A DNA stretch of 64,000 nt from Oligoflexales bacterium. Lineage in GTDB: Bacteria; Bdellovibrionota_B; Oligoflexia; Oligoflexales; CAIYRB01. Shown in pieces: positions 26,001 to 35,957 of this stretch. Numbering within the stretch: the stretch's first letter is position 1; each line of letters begins with the position of its first letter. The translations under genes and the position numbers were made by a program. Where the stretch lies: positions 1 through 64,000 of the forward strand of contig JBGSUI010000218.1 of the NCBI GenBank assembly GCA_041736175.1, written 5' to 3'. Under the pieces are notes generated by a model, which worked only from the letters and a program-made list of their open reading frames with translations, was not told where the DNA came from and did no database searches.

Positions 26001-27452
26001 ATGTCTTCTGAAATCTTTGACCTCAAAAAACAACAATATCTCGAAGTATCCTCTAAAAACCCCTTTGCTGATCGTTTTGAAAAAACCCACAGCATCGGCT
26101 CCATCCGGGACATAGACGACGGCGTCGCTGGCATCAAGACGGCAGGTCGCGTCACCAGTCTGCGCCTTATGGGCAAGGCTCTGTTTGCCAATATCTTTGA
26201 TTTTACGGGGACGATTCAGTTTTATATCCGTAAATCCGACGAGCCAAACTCGCCCTTCGAAGTCTTTACCCGCGATGTGTCCATTGGAGATTTTGTAGGG
26301 ATCGAGGGAGAGACCTTTACCACAAGGACCGGCGAAAAAACCATAAACGTCCAAAGACTGACGGTCCTCAATAAAAGCCTCCGCACCCTCCCTGAGAAAT
26401 TCCACGGCATCGAAAACATCGAGACTAGATACCGCAAGCGCTACCTTGATGTGATCATGAACGAAGAAACCCGTATGGTTTTTCAAAGGCGTATCGATAT
26501 CATAAAAACCATGCGGTCTTTTTTAGAAGACCAAGGGTTTGTGGAGGTGGAAACCCCCATCCTCCAAACCACCCCATCAGGGGCCCTTGCTAAACCTTTT
26601 TTTACCCATCACAACGCCCTGGATATGCCCTGCTCCATGCGGATCGCCCCTGAAACCTGGCTCAAAAGGCTGATCGGTGCGGGATTTGACCGGGTTTATG
26701 AATTTGCTAAATGCTTCCGTAACGAAGGGATTTCGGCTGCCCACCTTCAAGAATTCACGATGCTCGAATTCTACGCAGCTTATTGGAACTGGGAAGACCA
26801 GCGGGAGTTTTGTACCAAACTCACCCAGCAGGTGATCCACAAAGTCTTTGGTAAGACGTCGATGCACGTCAGGGGTCATGATATCCATTTCGAAGGCGAG
26901 TGGCCAGTCTACTCGATTGCCGAGTTGATCCTTAAGGACTCGGGTATCGATATCCTTGTCCATAAAGACAGCGCCTCTCTTAAACAAGCTATCAAGTCTA
27001 AAAAAGTTGACCTTGAAGATTTCGAAAGTCTTTCATGGGCTAACCTTGTCGATGCCCTCTACAAGACCTGTAGCCGCCCCCATCTGATCCAACCCTGCTT
27101 TGTGACTAAGTACCCCGCAGAGATGGCACCACTGGCAAGACGCCGCCAGGATGACCCTAATTATGTGGACTTGTTTCAGCTCGTAGTGGGAGGCATCGAA
27201 TTGATCAAGGCTTACTCCGAGCTTGTGGACCCCATCGTGCAGAGACAGGCCCTCGAGGAGCAGTCCCGAGCTAAAGAGCTAGGCGATACGGAAGCGATGC
27301 CTATGGACGAAGATTTTCTGACGGCCATGGAGCATGGGTTTCCCCCGATTGCAGGGGTTGGGATTGGCATCGACCGATTGGTGACGGTCCTATGCGAAAA
27401 AGACAACATCAAGGAGAGTGTTTTTTTTCCGCTGATGAAACCTGAGCTTTAA
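26001..27452 (+). CDS. lysS: Class II lysyl-tRNA synthetase (divergent variant)
   Basis: OB-fold, VETP, FRNEG motif 2, GIGIDRL motif 3. Confidence 0.92.
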   Translation: MSSEIFDLKKQQYLEVSSKNPFADRFEKTHSIGSIRDIDDGVAGIKTAGRVTSLRLMGKALFANIFDFTGTIQFYIRKSDEPNSPFEVFTRDVSIGDFVGIEGETFTTRTGEKTINVQRLTVLNKSLRTLPEKFHGIENIETRYRKRYLDVIMNEETRMVFQRRIDIIKTMRSFLEDQGFVEVETPILQTTPSGALAKPFFTHHNALDMPCSMRIAPETWLKRLIGAGFDRVYEFAKCFRNEGISAAHLQEFTMLEFYAAYWNWEDQREFCTKLTQQVIHKVFGKTSMHVRGHDIHFEGEWPVYSIAELILKDSGIDILVHKDSASLKQAIKSKKVDLEDFESLSWANLVDALYKTCSRPHLIQPCFVTKYPAEMAPLARRRQDDPNYVDLFQLVVGGIELIKAYSELVDPIVQRQALEEQSRAKELGDTEAMPMDEDFLTAMEHGFPPIAGVGIGIDRLVTVLCEKDNIKESVFFPLMKPEL

Positions 27453-27604
27453 TTCCTTTTTGGTGCGTTTCGTTTTCGGTACAGATCATTGATTGGCTAA
27501 TCCGACGCCTCCTGGGGGGGCGTTCCTATGATTCCCGCCCGACTAAAAATGAGTCAAATTGATTAAAGTAACTACATAATTATGTAACCGACATAAGTGT
27601 ATCA

Positions 27605-28045
27605 ATGATAGAAATCAATAATAAAATCAGGGCTATTCTTCGGAATCGAGACCAACAGATGGGCTCGGCTAAAAGAAATCTCGATGCGAAAGCTTTTAAT
27701 ATCGCCAAAGAAAATGCCCATATGGCCATTGAGTTTACACTTAAAGCTTGGCTCCTAAGACAAAACCCCGCGTTCTGCCTTAACAGGCAGCAAGAGATCA
27801 TGACGCATAATCTTAGTGATTTGGCAGACTTAGACAACAAACGCCTTATCCTTGCCATAAAATATCAGGCAAAAAGTGATCTCCTAGCACAAAATTTGCT
27901 TCATTCACTGATGAAACTCACCCGAAAAGAGTGGTGGAAGCCGGATAACCGATACTATGGTAGCTGTGATCGAAAAACTGCGTATGCACTCATAGAGGAG
28001 GCAAATCATGTGCTGGCTTGGGGCGATGCATACATAAGACTTTAA
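27605..28045 (+). CDS. HEPN-domain protein
   Basis: A..AIE..LKA...THNL..L...W....RY...A...IE.A..VL.W pattern, with R-x6-H (RQQEIMTH). Confidence 0.8.
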   Translation: MIEINNKIRAILRNRDQQMGSAKRNLDAKAFNIAKENAHMAIEFTLKAWLLRQNPAFCLNRQQEIMTHNLSDLADLDNKRLILAIKYQAKSDLLAQNLLHSLMKLTRKEWWKPDNRYYGSCDRKTAYALIEEANHVLAWGDAYIRL

Positions 28046-28059
28046 CTAGGTGAGATGCG

Positions 28060-28407
28060 ATGCAAAAAAACGAATTTTTAAAAAAGACATATGACGCTTT
28101 GAAGCTAAATCTCTCCAGTCCGTCTCTGTTGATCATCAATGAATACGACGACTATCCTGACAGTATGAGCCTTGTCATATTATCTGAATCATTCGAGAAA
28201 ATGCACGAAGTGGACGTGTCGAATCGTCTGCTTGCCATTTTCAGGGATGCTCATGGATCGGACCTCTACAATGGAATTTACAGTTTCATTGGACTAACTA
28301 AAAAATCACATGAAGCACGTCATGGAGACGTCCAAACGACAGAATATTTGCCTCCTGTTGTTGGCTCGACTTCAGATAAACAGTCAGCCCTGGCCTTAGA
28401 GATATAG
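28060..28407 (+). CDS. Small HEPN partner, degenerate minimal-nucleotidyltransferase/BolA-like
   Basis: AGGTG RBS. LVILSESFEKM resembles the (D)LI(I/V)VS..FE strand but lacks GS and DxD. Confidence 0.6.
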   Translation: MQKNEFLKKTYDALKLNLSSPSLLIINEYDDYPDSMSLVILSESFEKMHEVDVSNRLLAIFRDAHGSDLYNGIYSFIGLTKKSHEARHGDVQTTEYLPPVVGSTSDKQSALALEI

Positions 28408-28446
28408 ACTTAGGCGACTGACCTTTTCTCTGTCCAATGACCTACA

Positions 28447-29535
28447 TCAAAAATTAAGTGAGCTATCTCGATATTTTTTAAGGAGACAGAGATAGGATTT
28501 TTCGTTGTGTAGGTGTTTTTGATTAAGAGCGATTTCTACGAGATAGTTGGCAAGACCTTTCCACCTGACAAATTGGGCGATGGATGACCACATATGTTGG
28601 TCATCATGGATATCGGAGTCAGCAAGAGGCTGTGCTTCAAGGTTATGGTCAAAGACTACTAACTCTCCACGGTGGGCATAGGGCAGCTGGAGAGCAAGCC
28701 ACTCCCAAAGACGACTGGCGAGACCTACGCTTAGCATTTTTTCAAACCAGGGAATACTCTCGGCCCTCGGAGGGTAGCGAGGCACAAGGTCTCGGTCGTT
28801 GATAAACCTAAAATGACGGCCTTCTAACAGACCGGCACCCCAGTCGGCATACTCTCGGTCACCAGAGCGGGGAGCGGCATAAGTATAGAGGCCCTGGACC
28901 TGGTAGCCTTCATTGGCCAGCTTATAGGCAGCCAGAGTGGCAAGGGCACCACCTAAACTATGTCCAGATATAAATAGAGGTTTGTTATACCCGCCAAATC
29001 GATTGATCGCCGCTTCAATTTGAGTCCACTGGGACCTGAGAGCGTAAGCAAAACCAGCGTGAACTCTACCAGGGAGACCTAAAACATCTCCGTCGATCAG
29101 GGGTAAGGCGGCATCGACCACCCAATCAGTAATCTCCGTCGATCCCCTAAAGGTTAAGACCATTCCCTTGGAGTTCCCCGCCAGAAACCCTTGGAGTCCC
29201 GTCACTGAGTCATGGAAAGCCTGATATTTAACAAATCCAGTGTTTCGGATTTCTTGATCAGTCGTCGACTGGTCTGATGTAAAAGACCGCATGGCCATCC
29301 ACATCATCCAAAAAGCTGTATCGGAGTTGGCTGTTTGCTGGTCAGGAACAAAGTTAAAATCGAGGATTTCGTTTTCACAGGGTAGGTCCATACCCTTAGG
29401 AGCGAGGCTGACTTGGGGGAGGGGAGATGGTACTTCGTCCGACAGTAATATTTCCGAAGCGGAGGCGCTAGCCCCCAAAAATATGAGCTGAAAGAGTAAG
29501 TAGACTCGGAGTCCAAAAAAATCCCCCCCAGCCAT
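28447..29535 (-). CDS. Secreted class 3 lipase
   Basis: Signal peptide; FRGS, VHAGF, GHSLGG and DLVP motifs. Confidence 0.92.
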   Translation of the reverse strand: MAGGDFFGLRVYLLFQLIFLGASASASEILLSDEVPSPLPQVSLAPKGMDLPCENEILDFNFVPDQQTANSDTAFWMMWMAMRSFTSDQSTTDQEIRNTGFVKYQAFHDSVTGLQGFLAGNSKGMVLTFRGSTEITDWVVDAALPLIDGDVLGLPGRVHAGFAYALRSQWTQIEAAINRFGGYNKPLFISGHSLGGALATLAAYKLANEGYQVQGLYTYAAPRSGDREYADWGAGLLEGRHFRFINDRDLVPRYPPRAESIPWFEKMLSVGLASRLWEWLALQLPYAHRGELVVFDHNLEAQPLADSDIHDDQHMWSSIAQFVRWKGLANYLVEIALNQKHLHNEKSYLCLLKKYRDSSLNF

Positions 29536-29762
29536 CCTGCCCCCTTATCTAATCCTATTGGATGGTTATCTTTATTTTATTATTTTATATGTGCTTTTAG
29601 AATACCTGAGTGTACCAGAGAGGTAAAGAGTTTTTAGCCAGCTGGCCAACTTTCTACACTATAACGCTTTGTTGCTAAACTTTCATCAAGGTGTCGAAAC
29701 TGTAGCGATCAAGAACTTCGAGATATTAATCCAACACACCGATATAATTAAAATACTAAATC

Positions 29763-29778
29763 TGGCTATGCCTTTGCA
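29763..29778 (+). promoter_or_regulatory. sigma54 promoter
   Basis: TGGCTATGCCTTTGCA (GG-N10-GC), about 60 nt before the vWA gene. Confidence 0.7.
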
Positions 29779-29839
29779 TAGAATCCTCGTTAGGACCGGT
29801 CCTTGGGATTATCCAAGTATCTCCGAAAGGAACTAATCT

Positions 29840-31045
29840 ATGCTCAATCAAAAATACCTGACTCTCCGCCTGTTGCTGCGATCCCTGATGGGGCCTTTTG
29901 TCTACCTGATGGTTGCCTCAAGCTGTAATGATTCTGGATTTTCTGGAGACAACGGCAAAAAAGTAAAACAAGCCCTGCCTGCCCGACCCATACTTGAACC
30001 AGATACCCAGCTCAGCATTCCCTGCGTGGATGGCAAAGGCCAACTAGTCAAAAAGCTTTCGGGAGTCAACGACCCGGTCGTGGCCTTAGAGGGAGAATTC
30101 TGTGGTTCAGCACAGCTCTCCAGCGGGGCGCCGCTGACCGTCCTCTTTATCATCGACGGGTCGGGTTCCATGCGAACCAGCGACCCTACATCGGGTGGAA
30201 GCTGCGGTCGTTTAAAGGCGACCGAGCAGATTTTGAAAACCCTGAAGTCCTCAAGCGGCTCCCAAATCCAAGTTGCTCTCCATAATTTTGGCGACCTTTC
30301 CCAATCCGTACTCGAACCCTCGCCGCTCGATCGCGCCAACTCACTCCTTAACCCTGGAACGCTCTGCGGATTCGGTTTCGGCGGTACCAATTACCAATCA
30401 GCTTTGACCAAAGCAAAGGAAACGCTCCAGTCGATCCAAGGCAAAAAAGTAGTCTACTTTATCACAGACGGAGCACCGTCCATGAGTGGTACCTCTGCAT
30501 CCAACCTCAATATCCCCCAGGCCAACATCAGAACCCAAGCTGATGCCCAAAGAATCCTTGGTCCCATCTATAACGCCGGCCTTACCGCGGCAGACCAGCT
30601 CAGAGCCCTCGACCAACTCTCCCTGTACACCCTATTCTTACAAGAGCCCGCCTCCGGAAGTCAAAATTCGTTAAATATTTACGCAGAAGATCCCGAAACC
30701 TACCTTAAAAAAATTGCGGGCGACCCCCAGAGATTTCGATTGGCGACCTCCGCCGAAGAACTCGCCGAAAAAATCGCTGAATTTGATGCCCCCACCGATC
30801 TAACTTTAGAACCTTCAACCCTTGTGGCAACCCTGGAATCTACGGGATTTGCATCGAAAACTATCAAAATCAAATCGTTGGTCCCTACCGACAAACCAGG
30901 TATTTGGCGGTTTGTTTCCGAGCCCTTTGTCCTTAATACCCGACCCGGTCAGTCACTGCTTAACAGCATTACCCTTACGGTCAAAAGCTCAGACGGCCAA
31001 ACACTCGAAACTGTTGCTAAAATAGACTATCTCAAAGAAAATTGA
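29840..31045 (+). CDS. vWA-domain lipoprotein
   Basis: Lipobox ASSC; MIDAS DGSGS, GGTNY and ITDG. Confidence 0.85.
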   Translation: MLNQKYLTLRLLLRSLMGPFVYLMVASSCNDSGFSGDNGKKVKQALPARPILEPDTQLSIPCVDGKGQLVKKLSGVNDPVVALEGEFCGSAQLSSGAPLTVLFIIDGSGSMRTSDPTSGGSCGRLKATEQILKTLKSSSGSQIQVALHNFGDLSQSVLEPSPLDRANSLLNPGTLCGFGFGGTNYQSALTKAKETLQSIQGKKVVYFITDGAPSMSGTSASNLNIPQANIRTQADAQRILGPIYNAGLTAADQLRALDQLSLYTLFLQEPASGSQNSLNIYAEDPETYLKKIAGDPQRFRLATSAEELAEKIAEFDAPTDLTLEPSTLVATLESTGFASKTIKIKSLVPTDKPGIWRFVSEPFVLNTRPGQSLLNSITLTVKSSDGQTLETVAKIDYLKEN

Positions 31046-31230
31046 GGGTTCCCCCTTAAAAACTTTTCTGGTTTAGGTAGCCATCCCTATTTGGCACCCA
31101 CAATAGACTAATATGACTATATAATTTAAATTTGTTTATATCTCCCTTTAAGCTTGACGATAAGACTTGTACTAGAGGATTTCGTTCGTAATGTGTAAGT
31201 CGAATGAACCCAAAATAGGGAGAGTCTACA

Positions 31231-33576
31231 ATGAAAGTGTCCATCAACAAAATAAGTCCATTTTTGATTTCTTGTGTACTGAGTTTAACGTTTGCTAACT
31301 GTGCAAACGACACCCATTTTCAATCTAATCCTGGAAAACTGGCAGATACCCAGACGGGGAATGACGCCATTCCATCCGCCCCCCCCCAGAAATCAGTCAT
31401 CGATGATGGTGGACAAAAAGTTAATCCAACTCCCGAACTGGAAAACAAGTTAGACCAATCAGTCGTTAGCGATCCCGTCGAGGTTGCCACACCTATGGCC
31501 CCCCTCAACGGGAGCGTCATTGCCATAGCAGATGGCATCGAGGTTCCGCCACCTAAACTTCCAGATCTTCAGTCCCTAAAGAGTGACTTCCCAGCATCTA
31601 AGAAAATGACTGGTAACCTTAGTTTTAATGCGGAAGAAAAGTCTTTTTCAACCCAGATCGAACTCAAAAATCAATACTCTGACGAGAAAAACAGTTTTAC
31701 CCAGATCCAGCGCCCCTCGATCACCGATACCTTTAAGCAGGGAAACCCAGGGACACCCAAGGCTGAGACCTTTAACCAAAAACAGTTAGGAATCGTCGAT
31801 ATCCAAGTGGTCATCGACAATTCGGGATCGATGGGAGAGGAGCAAGACAAAGTCAAAACCAAGCTTCCAGATCTTCTTAAATTTATTGGCGATAGCAACT
31901 GGCAAATCAATGTCGCGACCACCGATCCTAACTTTTTTAACGGCCAAAGACAGTGCTCCCAAGAAGGGGTTATCAAAAAAGGTGAGGCCGACGCACTCAC
32001 CCGGTTTACCAAAGCCATCAGTGCTGGGACTGCTGGGTCCGGAACTGAAAAAGGGATCATGATGGCTGTCGAAGGCCTAAGATGTCCCCAAGCTAACGGT
32101 TGGGTGCGGCCTGGCTCAAAGGTCGTGGTCCTGATCGTTTCTGACGAAGACAACTGCTCCGGTATAAATGAACCTGATCAGAGACTTAGATGCCCAGGTG
32201 CTCCAGAAGAATCTCACACTTATTTGACCAATTATTTAGCTTCCACTTTAGGCCGCCCCCTCATCACCCACTCTCGGGTCTACGGGATCTACAGAAAACC
32301 TGGAGATGCGACTTGCTTGACAGCCAGAAACGAAGCCGCCATCTATCAGAGGGCCGTGCTCGCCACGCGAGATCCCGCCAATCCCGGAACCGGCTACGAG
32401 GGATCCATCTGTGATGGCGACGCGGGTTATACGACGACTTTCCAGTCGATTTCTCAAGATATCTCAACTATTCTTGACACATCATTCCAGCTGGCAAACA
32501 AACCAGATCTAGCTTCCCTGGTCGTGACAGTTGATTCCGTGACGATCCCAAGGCTTAACGGTGCTGGTGAAACCAACTGGGAGTTGGACGCAGCCACCCA
32601 AAAACTCCTCCGATTTGTCAAATTTGTTCCCTCTGCGTCTGCTGAAATCAAAGTCACTTATACAGTAGGGGCCACAACCCCCCTCCTCAGCGAGTTTAAA
32701 CTCTCTAACACCCCGACCAATGATCCAAACGCCCCCTTGGTCGTTTACGTGAACGGCGCCACCGCGACACTTGATGTGGATTATAAGTTTGATGCCGCTA
32801 GCAACTCCGTGAAGTTTCTAAAAATTCCCGCAGCCGACGCCGACGTAAAAGTCGTCTACAAAAAAGCAATGAATCTGACCACTCTCTTTAAGCTTTCTAA
32901 ACCCGTCGCTGATGGCTTTAACCCCGCAGTCCAAGTCAACGGCAAGCCTGAAACCCAGTTTACCTACGACCAAAAAACATCTGAAATAGCTTTTGCAACT
33001 CCACCAGCCGACGGATCTGCCATCGAAGTCAGCTATAAGTCTTTGGTAGGACCCATAACCTCCTACGACATCTCGCTCAACGGCACCACCATCAAAGACC
33101 TATCGATCACCTACGCTAAAAATAACGGACCAGTGATCGGTGCTAAACTCGAAAAAAATACCCTGATCGTCAGTGAAATCGGTTTTGTTGCGGGCGACAA
33201 AATCAATATAAAGTACTTTAACGAGGCTTCAGGAGTTATAAGCCTTAAATTGCCTAAAATACCTTTACCTGATTCTATTGTGGTAGCCTCGACCGAAGGC
33301 ACCTGTAGCTATGTGCTGTCCGCGGCGAAAGATGAGGTAACCCTCGACTGTACGGCATTAGGCGCAAAAACGGTCAACGTCCAATGGAGTTATTTTACTG
33401 AGGCTGAGACCAGTTTCTCCCTCCCCCAAGTGATGCGACCTGATACCGGCACTTGGAGTGTTGCGATTGATGGAAAACCCACCACAGATTTTAAACGAGA
33501 TGGTCGAACCATCGTACTCAACACACCGCCCCTTCAAACCTCTGTGATCACCGTAGGCTATATGGAAGGTTCTTGA
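31231..33576 (+). CDS. vWA-domain lipoprotein with C-terminal beta-repeat array (adhesin-like)
   Basis: Lipobox FANC; DNSGSM and VSDED; repeated V.V(N/D)G...(Y/F).D.....F...P.....I.V.Y modules. Confidence 0.85.
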   Translation: MKVSINKISPFLISCVLSLTFANCANDTHFQSNPGKLADTQTGNDAIPSAPPQKSVIDDGGQKVNPTPELENKLDQSVVSDPVEVATPMAPLNGSVIAIADGIEVPPPKLPDLQSLKSDFPASKKMTGNLSFNAEEKSFSTQIELKNQYSDEKNSFTQIQRPSITDTFKQGNPGTPKAETFNQKQLGIVDIQVVIDNSGSMGEEQDKVKTKLPDLLKFIGDSNWQINVATTDPNFFNGQRQCSQEGVIKKGEADALTRFTKAISAGTAGSGTEKGIMMAVEGLRCPQANGWVRPGSKVVVLIVSDEDNCSGINEPDQRLRCPGAPEESHTYLTNYLASTLGRPLITHSRVYGIYRKPGDATCLTARNEAAIYQRAVLATRDPANPGTGYEGSICDGDAGYTTTFQSISQDISTILDTSFQLANKPDLASLVVTVDSVTIPRLNGAGETNWELDAATQKLLRFVKFVPSASAEIKVTYTVGATTPLLSEFKLSNTPTNDPNAPLVVYVNGATATLDVDYKFDAASNSVKFLKIPAADADVKVVYKKAMNLTTLFKLSKPVADGFNPAVQVNGKPETQFTYDQKTSEIAFATPPADGSAIEVSYKSLVGPITSYDISLNGTTIKDLSITYAKNNGPVIGAKLEKNTLIVSEIGFVAGDKINIKYFNEASGVISLKLPKIPLPDSIVVASTEGTCSYVLSAAKDEVTLDCTALGAKTVNVQWSYFTEAETSFSLPQVMRPDTGTWSVAIDGKPTTDFKRDGRTIVLNTPPLQTSVITVGYMEGS

Positions 33577-33679
33577 AGGCGAATTATCTTGTAAATCTTC
33601 GAGATTTTTGGTTGATTGGGGGTCCTTTTAAAGGGCCCCTTTAAGGGTTCTGCATAGCCGATCGATCTAGGAGGTTTTG

Positions 33680-34417
33680 ATGTTACGTGCCCATGGACGT
33701 TCCTCGGGACAAATGAGACCCTTGCGAATCACCCCCCATTACACCAAAAACGCCCATGGCAGTGTCTTAATCGAACAGGGTGAGACCAAAGTCATTTGCA
33801 CAGTCTCGGTCGAAGATGGAGTTCCACCCTTTCTCAGAAATTCCCAGCCACCCCAGGGGTGGCTGACCGCAGAGTACTCGATGCTCCCAGGGTCTTCTCA
33901 GCAGCGCGTCCGGCGCGAACGGGGCAACAACCTATCTGGTCGTACCCAAGAAATCCAGAGACTTATCGGACGGTCGCTGCGCGGTATCATCAACCTCAAT
34001 CGTTGCCCAGATTTGACGTTTGCCATCGACTGCGACGTGATCCAAGCAGATGGAGGGACCCGCACCGCCTCCATCACTGGTGCCTATGTGGCTTTAAAAC
34101 TAGCAGTCCAAAAACTCCTCCGATCTGGAAAGCTCCACCACAATCCCCTCTCTGAGGCCGTGGCGGCCCTTTCCATCGGCATCAAATCCGGCCAAATACT
34201 CGTGGATTTAGACTATGAGGAAGACTCTTCCGCAGACCTCGACATGAATGTCGTCATGATGCAAAATGGCAAGATCCTTGAGATTCAAGGGACTGCAGAG
34301 CGTCATTCCTTTAGCAAAGCTGATGTGGTGCGGATTATGGATGCTGCCGAAGAAGCCATCGGTATGATCTTTGACCTGCAACATCTCGCCGCAGACGGTC
34401 AGATTGCGGAATCCTAA
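33680..34417 (+). CDS. rph: Ribonuclease PH
   Basis: TAEYSMLP, GRTQEIQRLIGRSLR, ADGGTRTA and DLDYEED motifs. Confidence 0.97.
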   Translation: MLRAHGRSSGQMRPLRITPHYTKNAHGSVLIEQGETKVICTVSVEDGVPPFLRNSQPPQGWLTAEYSMLPGSSQQRVRRERGNNLSGRTQEIQRLIGRSLRGIINLNRCPDLTFAIDCDVIQADGGTRTASITGAYVALKLAVQKLLRSGKLHHNPLSEAVAALSIGIKSGQILVDLDYEEDSSADLDMNVVMMQNGKILEIQGTAERHSFSKADVVRIMDAAEEAIGMIFDLQHLAADGQIAES

Positions 34418-34439
34418 GTCTGACCGTGGGCTCGAAGCG

Positions 34440-35822
34440 TTATCCGGCTCGATAAAGCTCAAACAGTCGTTGTCCCATACCAGCCATGTAGATAGGCAGC
34501 GAATGCAACCTAAATTTAATGGGCTGCCCGTCTGTGATGACTTGGAAATCTCCCTGTGAAGGGGGATTGAGATCGAAGCGGAGCGCTGCGGAAAGGTTTT
34601 TTTCAAAAAGAAATCGATGCAGACTCTTCATGGCACCCGTTTTTCCCGACTTAACCTCCACAGGCAAAATCAAGTCACCGACTGTTAACATATAGTCCAC
34701 TTCGGCGGCGCTATTTTTTTCGTCCCTATGCCAAAAAAACAGCTCAGGTGGTGCAATGCCTTCGTCACCAAAGAGCAACTCCTGGCCCACAAACTGCTCG
34801 GCAATTTTGCCTTCATCGATGAGGCGGGTATCATCAAGTTTTGACAAGGAGGCCCAATCAACACCACAGCGCCGATTCATAAGTCCCACGTCTAGAAAAA
34901 GGCATTTAAAAATCTTGTGATTGGCATGGGAAGCGAGCGGCATTCCATTACAAGAGCTACTGACAATTCTTAGAATAACCCGTGCCAAGGACAAAATATC
35001 TAGGGATTTCTTTACACTTTCGGCCTTGTCTTCTGACGAAATTTTGGAATATTTTATCTTTTGCCCCACATGAAAAGGAATATAGTCAAAGCTGTTACGC
35101 AGGATCCTTAAGGTTTTTGCGTCGATTTTGGTACCATATTTAAAAAAATCGTCTCGAAAGGTGTCCACAATATACTGCTGGGCAGCCTGGACTTCCTTTA
35201 GGCTCTTGGTATGCACATAAACACTCACGGCTTCGGGCATACCACCAACGGCCAAAAACTCGCGGGTTAAGCTTAGGAGTTTTTTATGGGTGATAGGATT
35301 TACAGAATCCCCGAGGCGGAAATCTTCAAGCTGCCCCCTTAAAGCTTGGTGTCCCAGAGCATCAAGGAATTCTTGAAATTTCATGGGTCCCATATGGAGA
35401 AACTCTATGCGCCCGACGGGCATACTGTGAGAGTATTCGGCAAGCACAAACTCAAGTAAAGAGCCCGCCGCGATGACCGGTATATAGTCGCCCGTCTGAT
35501 CGAAAAAAAGGCGCAAGGCCGCAAGACCCGCAGGGGTCGCTTGAATCTCATCAAAAAAAATCAAACTGTTCTTGGCGTGGAATGGCTTATCACAGATCGC
35601 CTCGACAGCTTTGAGGATGCCGGAAAAATCTTTTCTTGAAAAAATATCGTCCATCTCAGGATAATTTTCTAAGTTGATTTCGAAGAGATCGAGCTTCTGC
35701 TCAGCGGCAAAGTTTCGCACTAAAGTGGATTTCCCAACCTGCCGGGCCCCCCGGATCACTAGGGGCTTAGGGCGAGCTTTAGAAATCCACTTATCAAGTC
35801 GTAATTGCTGAACTCTCCTCAA
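34440..35822 (-). CDS. AAA_14 ATPase with DUF4143 and PD-(D/E)XK-like C-terminus
   Basis: GARQVGKS, FFDEIQ, GGMPEAV and AEVDY...PVEVKSG motifs. Confidence 0.9.
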   Translation of the reverse strand: MRRVQQLRLDKWISKARPKPLVIRGARQVGKSTLVRNFAAEQKLDLFEINLENYPEMDDIFSRKDFSGILKAVEAICDKPFHAKNSLIFFDEIQATPAGLAALRLFFDQTGDYIPVIAAGSLLEFVLAEYSHSMPVGRIEFLHMGPMKFQEFLDALGHQALRGQLEDFRLGDSVNPITHKKLLSLTREFLAVGGMPEAVSVYVHTKSLKEVQAAQQYIVDTFRDDFFKYGTKIDAKTLRILRNSFDYIPFHVGQKIKYSKISSEDKAESVKKSLDILSLARVILRIVSSSCNGMPLASHANHKIFKCLFLDVGLMNRRCGVDWASLSKLDDTRLIDEGKIAEQFVGQELLFGDEGIAPPELFFWHRDEKNSAAEVDYMLTVGDLILPVEVKSGKTGAMKSLHRFLFEKNLSAALRFDLNPPSQGDFQVITDGQPIKFRLHSLPIYMAGMGQRLFELYRAG

Positions 35823-35957
35823 TTCTTGTCCTTTTTTGCAGCCTCAAAAATCTATCGATCAGATAAAAGACAAGGTTATTTTATCAAGATTAGGATATTT
35901 TACAACCATCTTTAGACCACCAAGGGCAGGGGCTTACAGGCTCGAGCCCCGTAGCCC

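Noticed and set aside
34428..35952. GGGCTCGA inverted pair flanking the AAA/DUF4143 gene as mobile-element ends
   Set aside because: Only 8 bp, with no target duplication or transposase. The right copy is part of a terminator-like hairpin.
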